This document shows positions 51,333 through 64,000 of a stretch of DNA of 64,000 nucleotides, piece after piece (positions within the stretch are counted from its first letter, which is position 1; every line of letters starts with the position of its first letter). The notes under the pieces were generated by a model, which made no database searches, was not told the origin of the DNA, and saw nothing but the letters and a program-made list of their open reading frames with translations. Position numbers and translations under genes: made by a program. The DNA is taken from contig CM035354.1 in NCBI GenBank assembly GCA_020137815.1, positions 6,014,001-6,078,000 of the forward strand. Direction: 5' to 3'. Source of the stretch: Hormiphora californensis (lineage: Eukaryota > Animalia > Ctenophora).

Positions 51333-52236
51333 GTGTGTCTTTTTGTAGATTGTTTTTTAGTGAATTGTGAATTATGTTTTGATAATTTCTTCATTCTAAT
51401 GGGAAAATCCTTGTTATCAAATGTTTCTGGTATCATGGTATCCGTAACCTCTCTTCCTACCTCTCTTTTACGGGTACCATGACTGAATAATCAATGGATA
51501 CTCCTGTGCCAAATTGTCATGGGCTAAGCATACTGCTCTCTGTGGCATATCCAAGTTCGGTGTGGTATATTGTATGAAACCTTGTCTCTTGTGGCATCTT
51601 TTCGTCTTATCACCTTCGGATATCCGCGGATGCAGATGGTTTCACTTGCCTTGCTCGACCCTCTTTCCTCCGCAGGAGGGTTATAACATAACAATGTCTC
51701 ACTTGTTCTGCAGAGGAGTTGAAAGGTTGATGTTATTGAATAGGGCTCAACTGGTTTAAATTCAATGGGGTGGTCCTTGTCAGCACCTTTCTAGTTCTGC
51801 CAGGCCCCCCTGTCGCCACTTGTCAGCGCCTCTAGAGGTCCCCCTGTCTCCTGCACTTGTCAGCGCCATTCAACTGCACGTGCGGTGTACACATGCGCGC
51901 AACATGTTAAACAGCGTGTCGCGCCGTGCCGGCCTGTCTCACATGATAACACATTGTAGTTGCAGTTGGTTGCTCATTTCGTGCTGTTTTCCTTTCCGTT
52001 CTCGTTTCTTCCGTTCTGGTCTCCTAATTCTCGTCACATATTCCATCGTTTGGAATGTTTTATTCTGATTTGGGGCCAGAATCTCTCTCGATCTGGAGTC
52101 AGGTGATATGACTGAATCGTTGTTGGTTAACAACAGTTGGTTAACAACAGTTGGTTAAGTACAATCGTACTGTTAGTGTTACAGATTCCATCCGCGACCC
52201 CATACCATCTGAGAATCAATCAATCGGGGTATTATA

Positions 52237-53419
52237 CAGGGTGGGCCAGAAACATGGAGCTACTTGGAGACAAACATTGGAAAAATACAATCCTCTCTCC
52301 ATTGTACGGATCGACATTTCAACGTGTTACCCTGTCAGTTGACAGGCTGATAATTGTTAGGGAAGGGTGACTCTCTGTCGATCTCAATCCTCAGGGGACC
52401 CTTTTTCTAGTCAATAGACCGTAGTAGGGACGATAGTGTCAGTTGATGTCAGGGATTTTAAAATTTCCCTACTCAAGTGTTAGGGGAGCCTCTCCTGAGT
52501 AAAATACGCCCAATTAGAGCTCCCAATCTTTTCTCGTTCTCTAATTATACGTGATTATGCTAATTATGACGTCATCAGCAACTACCAGAAATCTACATCT
52601 TAGGGCTTAAATTTTGATACTAGCTGATAGGGGACCACTAGATTAGTGGGCAAAAAAATTTTCAGGTCGATCGGAGTTATGGGCGTGGCGCTATGGCGTT
52701 TTAAAGTGTGTAATCCGGTGATGAAGTCATCAAGGATTATCAAATTAGGTCAACGCGGGGGGTCGAGACCGGGTGCGTTTGATCGAGCCTGATAAGCTGA
52801 TCAAAAATCTGTAGGGGTAGATCAATCCCCCAACTAGGAGCCGAGCTATTAGCATTTTTTCGATTTTTGACGAAGTCACGTGACCTAAAACACGAAAAAT
52901 GCTAATAGCTCGGCTCCTAGTTGGGGGATTGATCTACCCCTACAGATTTTTGATCAGCTTATCAGGCTCGATCAAACGCACCCGGTCTCGACCCCCCGCG
53001 TTGACCTAATTTGATAATCCTTGATGACGTCATCACCGGATTACACACTTTAAAACGCCATAGCGCCACGCCCATAACTCCGATCGACCTGAAAAATTTT
53101 TTGCCCACTAATCTAGTGGTCCCCTATCAGCTAGTATCAAAATTTAAGCCCTAAGACGTAGATTTCTGGTAGTTGCTGATGACGTCATAATTAGCATAAT
53201 CACGAATAATTAGAGAACGAGAAAAGATTGGGAGCTCTAATTGGGCGCATTTTACTCGGGAGAGGCTCCCCGAACACTTGAATAGGGAAATTTTAAAATC
53301 CCTGACATCGACTGACACTATCGTCCCTACTACCGTGAAAATTACACTGTACATTGGAGAGCGAACTGTATTGACACATTAGTTATCTCAAAGTGGCTCC
53401 ATGTTTCTGGCCCACCCTG
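52237..53419. mobile_element. Non-autonomous Tc1/mariner-type foldback MITE (1183 bp)
   Basis: TA|CAGGGTGGGCCAGAAACATGGAGC...GCTCCATGTTTCTGGCCCACCCTG|TA; inner ~440-bp arms 52421-~52862 and ~52893-53333 are near-perfect reverse complements; no transposase ORF. Confidence 0.92.
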
Positions 53420-53658
53420 TAGTATGGCCAAACAGCAGTAGGTAGTCAGTCCAATATTTGGCTTGTGCCTTGTAAGTAGACCGTACCCGAGCCCACTCCT
53501 GTTATAGTTCCTGTTTATCATCAAAAAGGCGGGAAATCCCCCATCTGTCCCCGCTTAGATGGTGTTATACGCCCGCGTAAATGCACAGGGTACTACACGA
53601 TGTACCTCTTGTGCCAGCCAATGATAACCGAGGATCATAGGTCACGTGACAATGTGCG

Positions 53659-53810
<152 letters not shown>

Positions 53811-56351
53811 AGCCTAGTCGCTTTCCGCAACCCCTCAAGAGTAAGCACGCTACGGGAAACACACACGTCTTGTTCTAGTGTGTATGTCAGTGTGTTCGTG
53901 TGCTACTCAATAGGGACCCAATCAGTAGTTTTAGCGTGCACCCTACTAACTGGGTGATTTGTACTAGTAGTAGGTAGACCTGTTAATTGAGGGACCCCCT
54001 TGTTAGTTTTGTGCAATAGTATCATCGTTTCAATTTGATGTTTCACTGAATCAGTGTGCCCTATGTTACTGATAGACGACAGTGGCGTCCCCTGTTTATT
54101 AATTCATTATTCCATTGATAATGCTCTTTCCCTCCTGTCTCTGAGACATTGTCTCAAGTCTCTCCCCATGGCCCCCTACTAATGTGAGAACACATTAGTG
54201 AATAGAGGGCCCCAAAGGGAATGAGCTAATGAATTCTATTTGAGCCTATAATAATTAAGCCCCGTAGTAGTCAGTGTATCATCTACGTTAGTTCCCTCGC
54301 CCCCCCCCCCCCTAGTCTACTAATTAAACTGTGAGAGGTATGGGGACCTAACAAACAGTGGCCCACTCTCAAATGGGGCCCATTTTGATAATGAATATTA
54401 ATGGTTGCCTTTTGTGAGACAACTCAGTTGTGATCGATCTCACACAAGATCGGTCAGTGATTGGTGAAATTTGCAATTCATAACCTCATCATTACCGCTT
54501 GGCAGAGTACACTTACAGAGCTATGTGTGACGTGGGTCGTTGTTCGTAGAGTCCTGTCATTCGTTTGTTTTGTTCAAACCCGGTGAGAGAGGGGTACTCA
54601 ACAAGTTCAAATCCTGTGAGAGAGGGTCGAGCAAGGCAATATTGTATTTGATACCCGGGTACTTTTTATAAGTTGGTCCCTCTGTCAAACATGGTAATCA
54701 TTCCAAATGTGGCCCTATATCTGCTGGCTGCATGATCTATGTTTGTATATGTCATAATATTACCATAGCTCCACAACAACATAACTGGGTGTGCCGTGTT
54801 ACTATTTCGGCTGCATCTGATCAGACTGTCGTCGTTACTGTGGACGGTCAATCTGATTCCTGATAACATTAACATTACAGTCTTCACAACATTAACATTA
54901 CTAGCTGGTGAAGCCCGTAGTATGTCGTCCGGGTAGTTTGCAACATCTCTCTACAGAATTCAGGCACGCGCTGTTGTTAGGTGTTGTCAGGAACACACGA
55001 CTTCCTGACCTTGTTTCGTTTACCTTCTTCTTTTGTAACATGTGCTTGATCAACCTGTGTAACATTGAGTCTCCTGAACTCTCAAAGTGGTGTTACAAAT
55101 CTCAATTCTGAACTGTCAGGATCTGCAGCAGCTTCTCTATGGAGTCTTTTATACAGTCTCTCTTTCTATTTCTAGCTCCCTCTAATTTTCTAGTTCTGAG
55201 AAGATCGACAGATTATTGTAGATGTTGTACTAATTACCGTTCATCGGTCTCTAATGGTTTCTATTACTGTTGGATGATCGGATAACAGTTTCTATAACTG
55301 TTCAAATAGTTTTGGTTTAACTCTAGTACATAATTGGTTACGAAGTCACCCCTATTATTGCATATATCCGTGAGCTAGCACAGAGGGGGAATTTCATTAC
55401 CAAAGTACATAACTTGAGCAGTGTATCTGTAGAGGTTTTTGGCTGCTAAGATCTATACTGTCTGATCTACTGTCTGAACAACACAGAAAGAAGGAAAACC
55501 TAGGCAAATTCCAATGTTCTAACTTTATTGTTGTAAGGCTTTTAGTAGCAATATACAAGCTGCATATATATAGCTTAGGAAGCCGCATCCGGTTATCATG
55601 TGTTATATAGCCCAGTTAGTTTGTGTAGTTAGTAGCCTAGTGTACTGTAATAGCTTGAAGTTATATTCGGGTCTTCTAACACATAATATTACTCAGATCT
55701 ATCATTGGCTCAGAGTTACAAACTGCAATATATACTGTCTGTCTTCTCATTTCGTTCCCTCGCTCATATCCAATTCTCTCACACAGTTCATTTCCTTATC
55801 ACCTGTATCCCACGTTGCCATGTTCTACTGATTCAGCCATGTTACTCCTAGGTAGGAGAGACCACTTTCTCTGCAATTTCCCAGTAAGTTTCCTTTCAGT
55901 TACCCTCTCAGGCCCTTTTAGTTTTTTTTAACACACCAAGTTTTACGTTTTCTCACCCCTTCCCCTGCATATCATATCTACTTCTAGAAGTTTATGCGTC
56001 TCTAAATGTTGGAATATATTTCGTGGGACCAACTGTCTCCAGAGGATGTCAGTAGCCCATAAAGTGCTCCTGATGATTCAGTTGTGTGGGCTTCTACCAC
56101 TTGGATTGTTATGTTCTAACCCTCCTTTACAATTGGAGCTCGCGAAAAGAGGGTCGAGCTTGGATTGTGGCCGCCACAATGTGGCGGGATTAAGGAGAGA
56201 GAGAAAAGAGAGCAGGGGAGAGAGAAGGAGAGATATAGAGAGAACAGAGATGTGTAAAAGATTACCACGCTATATTGCAAGTTTGCTCCTGCACATGGTG
56301 TAGTTGTTCCCCCGACCTTCGTGTAACATTTGAATACAGTTTACCACACCG

Positions 56352-56480
<129 letters not shown>

Positions 56481-58103
56481 CTCTCCCCCCGCATCCCTCT
56501 CTTTGACCCGGAAGCCGCACACTTTATCACCTCATTAGCAAATGTTGTTTCCGGCTCCTCGGACCTCCCAGGAGAGAGAGAGAGAGAGAGAGTCCCTGTA
56601 GCATCCCTGCAATAGAGGGAGAGAGAGGTGTACCTTTTGAGATGTGGTTCATTTGCCGCCTAGTGCAGCTCTGTAATCTGTCATGATCATAAAGTACATG
56701 GAGTACATTTTGTACCTGTTTTGTACATGTTTTGTACAATCAATAGTCTAAAGGTCCAAATCTTGAATGACTTAGTTTTGTTTGATTGAGAGGTCAAATC
56801 TTCTACATATGTTAGAAGCAGTCGTAGCTACTGAGCACTGCTGCTATCATGTGACTGCCTCGCAGGTCTAGGGGTTATTAGAGGTCTGATGATGCATAGC
56901 GACTTTTGGAAAGGCGATGAAGGCTGCTGCTACTTAGTTACAGTGGCATATGGCGAGCAGTTATGTGCGAGTCTAATAACTCACATCTCTCTTTTTGGAG
57001 ATATAATCCCCTCCCCTTTTTAATATATCTTTTTTCCTCCAATCATATAACTGGCTTGCAAGCTGGATATACCCCCCATCTCATTAACATTTCTCTTTTT
57101 GCTGTGTCAGCCCATTTTCTCTTTGAGATACAAATCCCCTCCCCTAGCCTCTCTCTTGCATAATCATCCCAGCTCATCAGGGAATACATTATATGCCCAA
57201 TCTGTGAATTTGTTACACAATTGTTTGATTTTGTAGACGTTATCTGCTCCTGTATTTTACTTCACAATTTATTTGCGTGATGGTCCCTCCCACAGTTGGT
57301 GCAGCAGTGTTATAGGGAGCCCACATGAGACTGCTGCAGTGCTTGCATAGTCAGCTACCACCTTTATAACTATAGTCCCCAAATTAGTTCCAATCCCCTT
57401 TCCTTGGCCCTTCTCTTGTCCCCATCTTCTCTATTCTGGATGGTACATGCCCGTTTTGTGTGTATGACGTATGGAAGATGAATGATCTGCTGCCTCCCCC
57501 ACCCAAATTGTGTTCTTCTCCCGGTCCCTCTGGCCTCTCACTTCCATGGCCAACAAAATGTGACATAAACATATCGAAAAAACATCAGCTAGTTGTCAGA
57601 TAACTCTTAGTAAGTGAGAGACACGCGACAAGGGGGAGGCCGAGATGTCGGATATATTTAGTAAAAGATCCCGACGCCAGGTTGTGATAGAGGGAGTCAG
57701 CCCGTACTTGTTACTCCTTTTACCGTGTCAAAGTATTGTACACTGGTACAACTTTTTGATGTTTTAACCCTCCTTTACCACGCGGTGAGAGAGGTTCGCT
57801 CGAGCGAGGCAAGTACAACCCTTGTGTGATTCCCTCGTTTTAACTCTGTCCCGTAACGGTTCTACCCGGCCGTGCAGCAGCAGCAGATGTAATATAGACT
57901 GTCAAATCTTCATCAGTTAACGGTGTGGCACGTGCATAAATGACACATGCGAGAGAGATAGAGATGTTAGAGAGATTTAGGGAGAAAGAGTTAGGGAGAG
58001 TTAGAAATGGTGAGTGGGGCTTGTCAGGGTCGGAGATTGCTAACTGTAGTTACAACTCCCTGTATCGGATTTCTTAAACACTTCCGCAATCAAGATGACG
58101 TCA

Positions 58104-58172
<69 letters not shown>

Positions 58173-58816
58173 TCAGCTCTCTCCATTTCCGTACCAGCCC
58201 CTTCATGGGATATTTCCTGATGAGACCGCTCCCTTGGTAATACTACAAACCCAGTACCGCATTGAGTAACTCAACAAGTACCGCAGTTCATTCTATTCGG
58301 TTGTCCTTGACTTTGTTTGACCAATATAAAGAACTCTACAATATGTTATGTTTAGAACTCTATATTATCATGTTATGTTTAGTCCAGCAACTCTATCTTT
58401 CCATTCCGCTCATCTCATATAATTCTCCCTTTCATCTTTGTTTTAATTTCGCATTGACCTGCTGTTTATACTGCTGTGTGCCCAATTAAATATGAACATA
58501 CATGTTTCCTCTCCGCCCCAGTAACCCGGCCTCGTTTCCTCTCTCACCCAGGCCCCACTTTGCTGGCACTGCTACTAAAATTTAGGTGTGCAGGGTGGTG
58601 TATAGTCTGTAGTTCAGTGAATTGCCCACACCCAGTAGAAACGTGTGAAGGGTCGAGTCAAAGGACTGTTAGATGGACTACAGGCTGACTCTCTCAGTGT
58701 GTTGCCGCCTTGTAATTAGTATCTTTACCACTCCTACTGCAGTACTGTAGAGGGCGGCGTCTGTCCCTCTCTTCCTTTCAATAGCTTTGTCAAGAGAGGT
58801 GTGTCTGTCTTACAAC

Positions 58817-59622
58817 GGGGGGGGGGGGGGGATCCCATGGCATACTTTGGTATACTTTGGCACTTTCCACGACTTTTTCAGCGATTTTCCATATACCAAA
58901 GTATACCAAAGTATACCAAGGTATACCAAAGTATACCATAAAAATTTTGAAAAAGGTAAAATTTAAGCGATAAGTTAACATAAATGACTAAATTTGTAAA
59001 ACTACATCCTTATTTCTTTATAAGTTGGTAATATAACGCTTATTAAACCGATTTTTACGTTTTTGTTACATCATCCGGCTAGTGCTTCTAGGCTTGCCAC
59101 TCGGGTTCGATTCCCGGTGAAGGCAATTTTTGAAAAATTTTTGGAGACTTTACCAAATACTATTTGAACATTTTCTTGACTTTTTAAAAGTTTTTTATCA
59201 TACTCAAATGGGTCCCAATTTGTTGGTGATGACATCCCCTATTACATTATAATCCTCCACTCAGCTCGCTTCGCGAGCTTCGTCGCCGCGCTTCGCGCGG
59301 CCCTAGTGGAGGGGTGACCGCGTCACCAACCCAATTTGTCAAACCCCAGTTTTCTGACTCACCATTTTATAGGTAATATTTTCCCTCGATTCTATGAATT
59401 TAGCCTATTTAGCACCATTGTCCAATTTTATGAGTCAAGAAAGTTTATATAAAATGTTTTAAAGCCTTAACTGTTGTAAATTAACACTTTAAAGTACTTT
59501 AAAGTTATTAAAAAGATATGGTATACTTTGGTATACTTTGGTACTTTCCACATATTTTTTTGGGATTTTCCATATACCAAAGTATACCAAAGTATACCAA
59601 AGTATACCATGGGATCCACCCC
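58817..59622. mobile_element. Non-autonomous DNA element (806 bp) with 8-bp TSD and subterminal GTATACCAAA arrays
   Basis: TSD CTTACAAC at 58809-58816 and 59623-59630; ends GG..GGATCCCATGG(C)ATACTTTGG / CCAAAGTATACCATGGGATCCACCCC. Confidence 0.85.
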
Positions 59623-60292
59623 CTTACAACACAGTACTCTAGGTTTTGTAATTCTAGAGATAGTTCCTCTAGCTAGATCTAGGGCTTGTAATTCCACTCT
59701 CTATTATAGTGCATCTATACTACAGGGAGAGTTATTAATCAGCATTACACTCCTCTCCTGAGAGGGGGATGGGGTGTATTTGCTACACAATGGTGTCCCA
59801 TGTCTAATGTTGTCCCCTCCCCCTGTATTAATGGTGTAGATGACATGTACCTATTGTAAACATCCCCCACTGCATGGCTCTTGTTGTGTAGCCATTGGCC
59901 GGGCTATAGACTCGTGTGTCCAATGTCCCCCGGCTCCCTCGGGGTATATTGAATATTTCACATTTCCCTGTTCCTAACCTCTTGGCTCTTCATTTAAAAG
60001 AGAAAAAGAGTGGAGAGATGTGAAAGGAAGGACGGCTAAACGTGTGATATATATTGTAGCAACACACTGTAGTCTGTAGATTAACACAGGTGTTTTGCTG
60101 ATCAAGTTTCAATAGTTAGCCTGCCAAAGACTAATTCATTGTCCCCTCACATAGTGATGTGACCTTGTTTCTTTGTGTAGATTGTTCTAGCTGAGGGGGG
60201 GGGGGCTCTACACTAGTCCATTCAATATAGTGTGTTTTCTTTTGGTTTAGACGGTGTTAGTTAATTTCTTGTGAATCTTCAGGCAGCTTGTG

Positions 60293-63200
60293 AATGAACT
60301 TAATGAACTTAATGAAACACTTTATTACACAATCGTAAAAGGTGTCAGTCTCTCCGACCTCCCCCCTTCGCCCGAACCGCTAGTACCCAATCCAAGATTG
60401 AATTCCCATTCTGAGTCACATAACCCTTCACGGGTGGATTGTCCGGGTACTGATCGAGCCACCGTCCCAGCACGACCTTAAACGTGTCCAAAGTCTCTGC
60501 CGTGTTGACATTTTTCGGTAATGCATTCCATAACCGAGCAGACCTTACACCGAAGGAGTTGAAGTATTTTGTTGATATTGACTTCTGTGCTCCGCTGTAC
60601 AGGTTTGGAACTTCGGCTTTTATTCCAAGCCGTTCGTGATGATAAAACCGGGTTCCGGTGCTATTTGGGGCGACACCATTGTTGATTTTCCATAGCTGAA
60701 TAATAGTGTATCGTTCTCTTCGTCTTTGTAACGACATGAGGTGGAGTTTTTTCATTCGCTCCCAGTAGTCGAGGTTTTCCATTCCCTCAATCCTTCTTGT
60801 AAAGAACCGTTGGATGTTCTCAAGGGCCTGTATATCTCCGATGTTGTAGGGACTCCACAGTGGGGAACAATATTCCAGCTTGCACCGCACTAAGGACTTA
60901 TAGAGCGTGAGCATCAGTGATTTAGAGCGGGATTTGAACGCTCTCAGAACCCAACTAGCCATCCTTCGTGCATCCTTGGAAATTTTGCCTATATGATCTG
61001 TCCATGAGCAATCGTTTGATAATAGGATTCCAAGGTCTCGAACATTATTAGTCGGAGCGATAGTGATTCCTGTAGGCGTGACGTAGTCTCGAAAGTTGTT
61101 GGTGAAAGGCAGTTGTCTCAAGAGGGATGTTTTGTTAAGGGTGTAGTGGATCACCTCGAACTTTTCGTCATGTAGGGCCATACTGTTCGCTTCCGACCAT
61201 TCAACAACACTTTCCAGGTCCTCTTGAAGCTCTCCCGAGGATTGTTCAGATAGTATTGCTTTACTCAGTTTAGTATCATCTGCAAATGTACCAATCTTGC
61301 TGTGCTGAATCCGGTGGTGTAGGTCAGCAATATAGATAATGAAAAGTACTGGTCCAAGTACCGTACCTTGCGGTACTCCACTTTTCACTGGTTGAAATGT
61401 AGATTTCGTTCCCTCTACAGTAACTGTCTGGAACCTATCCGATAGAAAGTTTTTGATCCAAGCCAGCACTTTTCCTCTTACACCCAGCTTTTCTAACTTG
61501 TTGATAAGGATCCCATGATTGACCTTATCAAATGCCTTGGAATAGTCAAGGTATATACAATCAACTTCATTTCCACTATTCAGTTCCTTGAAGATATTGT
61601 CCATGTGGTCAAGGAGTTGAGTAAGACATCCTCGCTGTCGACGGAAACCATGTTGACTGTCGGGGAGGAGATCGTTTGATTCCAGGTGATCCACTAGCTT
61701 GTTCCTCATGATTCTTTCAAATGTTTTCAGCAGATTTGATGTTAGAGAAACAGGGCGATAGTTTGCTGCTAATGTTTTGTCTCCTCGTTTGAATATAGGA
61801 GCAATGTACTGCATTTTGAGGCTTGGTGGGGTCACTCCAGATGCGAAAGAATCCTCCCAGAGCAAGTGAAGAGGGATAGAAAGGGCAGCTCTACAGCAAC
61901 TGAGGATTTTTGCAGGAATATCACCATCAGGTCCAGCGGAGTACGGATCAAGTTCTGCAAGTGCCTTTTTGATATCCTCAGTGGTGAAGGTGATGTCCTC
62001 CAAGATAGCGTTTGTTTCCTCTTTGACCCACTCGCTGCTCTTCTCCGGGTCTCCACTGTCTGGTTCAGTAAACACCCTGCAGTATTGAGACTGTAACAGT
62101 TCTGCCTTTTCAGCATTGTCAGTGGTTAGTGTTCCATCGTCACGTTTGAGGGGAGCTATTGAGGATCTGTTAGTTGATAGCTTTTTAGCATAGGAGAAAA
62201 AGTACCGAGGGTTGACCTTGATGTTAGCCACTGCTCTCTCTTCTTCCTCCTCCAACGGTGCGAGTAGAAGTTCCTTGATATTCTCTGATATATCGTTCTC
62301 TTCATCTGTTAGGTCAGATAACTTCTTGCTGTTGTTCCCTATTTTGGTCAACGCTTCAATTCTCGATTTCAGTTTTCTTCTCCTCCGTTTCAGCTTTTCG
62401 AGGGGACCCTTTTGGTTGTGTGGTTTAGGTTTCTTTCGAGGACAGTGCTTGATGGCTATTTGGAGGACGGTTAACACAAACAACTCCTTGAATTGTTCGC
62501 CTTCTGGATCACCTGACTCCTTGCACAGCTGTTGAAGTTTTTGCCAATCTATTTTCATAAGATCGACAGACATTTCATCAAAATCACCTTTATGTACATT
62601 AATCCCTCGAAAACTCTGGTAGTCCCAGGTTATTATGGAAGGGGATAAAGCTGCTGTGGGGTTTATTGTTAATAGACACTCAACTAACATGTGATCAGAA
62701 ATTCCCGTTGCTTCAGTACCGATACTAGCCACATTCTGTGGTGTATTTGTAAAGATTAGATCCAGAATGTTACTACCCCGTGTAGGTTGGTTAACAACTT
62801 GTGTTAAAAAGTTATCACCGATGAAGTCAGAGAGAGCAGCATAGCCCGGTGAAGAGTTTGGCGGTGGAGAACCTATATCCCAATTGAACAACGGTAAATT
62901 GAAATCCCCCAAAATAAACATATCAGGGAGGTTGTTGTTAGAAAGGGTATTGATTTGCTGCTGGAGTACGTCCAAAATGGATAGAAAGGACTTTTGAGAA
63001 CAGTCCGGGGGACGATAAACACAGGAAAATAATAGGTTCTTCGCCTCACTGAAAGCTAAAACAATGCTACATTCCCTATCACTGAATGAGTGTGCGAAGC
63101 TGATAGGGATATCATCGTGTATGTACAATACACAACCTCCACCAACACGTTCTGGTCGATCAGAACGGAAAACACTGTACCCCTGAAGAGATATTTGGGC

Positions 63201-63650
63201 ATCGCTGATATATGGTTTCAGCCAAGACTCCGTGATACCGAGGGCAATTGGTGGAACTGATGATGAAGTTTGGAGGATAGTTGATTCGATGAAGGGAATT
63301 TTCCAGCGGGTGCTTCCTGCTGCTGATGGGGAGATGCTCCGACCGTTTAGTAAGAACATCTTAGAGAGGTTCGTGGGCTCAGTATTGGTTTTCTGAGGCC
63401 CTGGGTCAGCGTCATACCCCTGGGAATGGAGTACTGGCTCTGTGGGATCACCTGGGAATGAATCATTGGTGATTCGTCTTGGGACTCGATGAGATGAGCC
63501 ATGATTTCGTCCATACGATCCGCTTGTCGAAGAGATTCCTCCCTTGCATCTCGGGCTTCCTTCAGGAAGATCGACAGAAAACCGTGTTTCTTCTTTTCAA
63601 AAGCCGGTGATACAGATGTTGTGTTGAATAAGCCCGTCAAGAACCTCCTC
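60293..63650 (-). mobile_element. CR1/L2-group non-LTR retrotransposon, probably 5'-truncated
   Basis: Intact APE+RT ORF2, then a very short 3' UTR with AATAAA and a (TTCATTAAG)n tail at ~60293-60315; only a 97-aa ORF upstream; 5' boundary approximate. Confidence 0.88.
60345..63359 (-). CDS. LINE ORF2: AP endonuclease + reverse transcriptase, 1004 aa
   Basis: APE motifs ITESWL, VYRPP, GDFN, PTRG..LDL, SDH; RT motifs YRPVSLTS, QHGFR, YLDYSKAFDKV, GVPQGTVLGP, FADD. Confidence 0.95.
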   Translation of the reverse strand: MFLLNGRSISPSAAGSTRWKIPFIESTILQTSSSVPPIALGITESWLKPYISDAQISLQGYSVFRSDRPERVGGGCVLYIHDDIPISFAHSFSDRECSIVLAFSEAKNLLFSCVYRPPDCSQKSFLSILDVLQQQINTLSNNNLPDMFILGDFNLPLFNWDIGSPPPNSSPGYAALSDFIGDNFLTQVVNQPTRGSNILDLIFTNTPQNVASIGTEATGISDHMLVECLLTINPTAALSPSIITWDYQSFRGINVHKGDFDEMSVDLMKIDWQKLQQLCKESGDPEGEQFKELFVLTVLQIAIKHCPRKKPKPHNQKGPLEKLKRRRRKLKSRIEALTKIGNNSKKLSDLTDEENDISENIKELLLAPLEEEEERAVANIKVNPRYFFSYAKKLSTNRSSIAPLKRDDGTLTTDNAEKAELLQSQYCRVFTEPDSGDPEKSSEWVKEETNAILEDITFTTEDIKKALAELDPYSAGPDGDIPAKILSCCRAALSIPLHLLWEDSFASGVTPPSLKMQYIAPIFKRGDKTLAANYRPVSLTSNLLKTFERIMRNKLVDHLESNDLLPDSQHGFRRQRGCLTQLLDHMDNIFKELNSGNEVDCIYLDYSKAFDKVNHGILINKLEKLGVRGKVLAWIKNFLSDRFQTVTVEGTKSTFQPVKSGVPQGTVLGPVLFIIYIADLHHRIQHSKIGTFADDTKLSKAILSEQSSGELQEDLESVVEWSEANSMALHDEKFEVIHYTLNKTSLLRQLPFTNNFRDYVTPTGITIAPTNNVRDLGILLSNDCSWTDHIGKISKDARRMASWVLRAFKSRSKSLMLTLYKSLVRCKLEYCSPLWSPYNIGDIQALENIQRFFTRRIEGMENLDYWERMKKLHLMSLQRRRERYTIIQLWKINNGVAPNSTGTRFYHHERLGIKAEVPNLYSGAQKSISTKYFNSFGVRSARLWNALPKNVNTAETLDTFKVVLGRWLDQYPDNPPVKGYVTQNGNSILDWVLAVRAKGGGRRD

Positions 63651-64000
63651 TAGCTAGCTGTGACCGCACTGTATGGGGCGTGTGCGTTGTGTGCGTCAAG
63701 ATATACAACTGTGTTCGTCTTTACTGGTCGGAAGTTCAGCCACTTTTCACCTTTTGCATCTCGCTTCTCTCTCTCTATCTGTATTTTGTCTTTCCCTCTC
63801 TCCTTTTTTCTCTCTCTCATTTTCTCTATCTTTCTCCAGCTCGCTGAGAATTTTGCCTCTAATTGACATTGCACCGTTGCGAGAATACGTGTTAACTAAA
63901 ATCGCGACGCACGAATCTCTGAAATACTCCTCTAGCTCTCTTCAGTGCTGTCTTGTTACTCAACAAGACATGCTGTCGGCAGGCAATGGAATGCAGTTCT

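Noticed and set aside
59060-59135. tRNA gene
   Set aside because: Only a T-arm/B-box is recognisable; no D-arm or full cloverleaf; lies inside a transposon.

Overview
Eukaryotic (invertebrate animal-like) genomic DNA with short GT-AG introns, C-rich acceptors and abundant (AG)n/(CT)n microsatellites. The organism cannot be determined from the sequence; the style resembles ctenophore assemblies, which is inference only. The window has one 100-N gap and three homopolymer-smeared tracts that look like consensus artefacts. Recognisable genes: the 3' exons of a calmodulin-like EF-hand gene, an orphan secreted Gly/Gln/Tyr-rich protein with a TSP1-like tail, a tandem array of small single-pass membrane genes (one with an 8-Cys three-finger-like ectodomain), two SUGP1 exons, a frameshifted intronless UDP-glycosyltransferase and a RING-less MEX3. 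Divergent from MEX3 is a tight same-strand run of five housekeeping genes (VDAC, ZFR, PSMB3, DIS3, FAM98). Four of them have a splice acceptor just before the ATG, which suggests an SL-trans-spliced operon. Mobile DNA: a 1.18-kb almost fully palindromic Tc1/mariner-type MITE, an 806-bp element with an 8-bp TSD and tRNA-like cargo, a 62-bp mini-MITE and a CR1/L2-group LINE with an intact ORF2. All exon coordinates were derived by hand.
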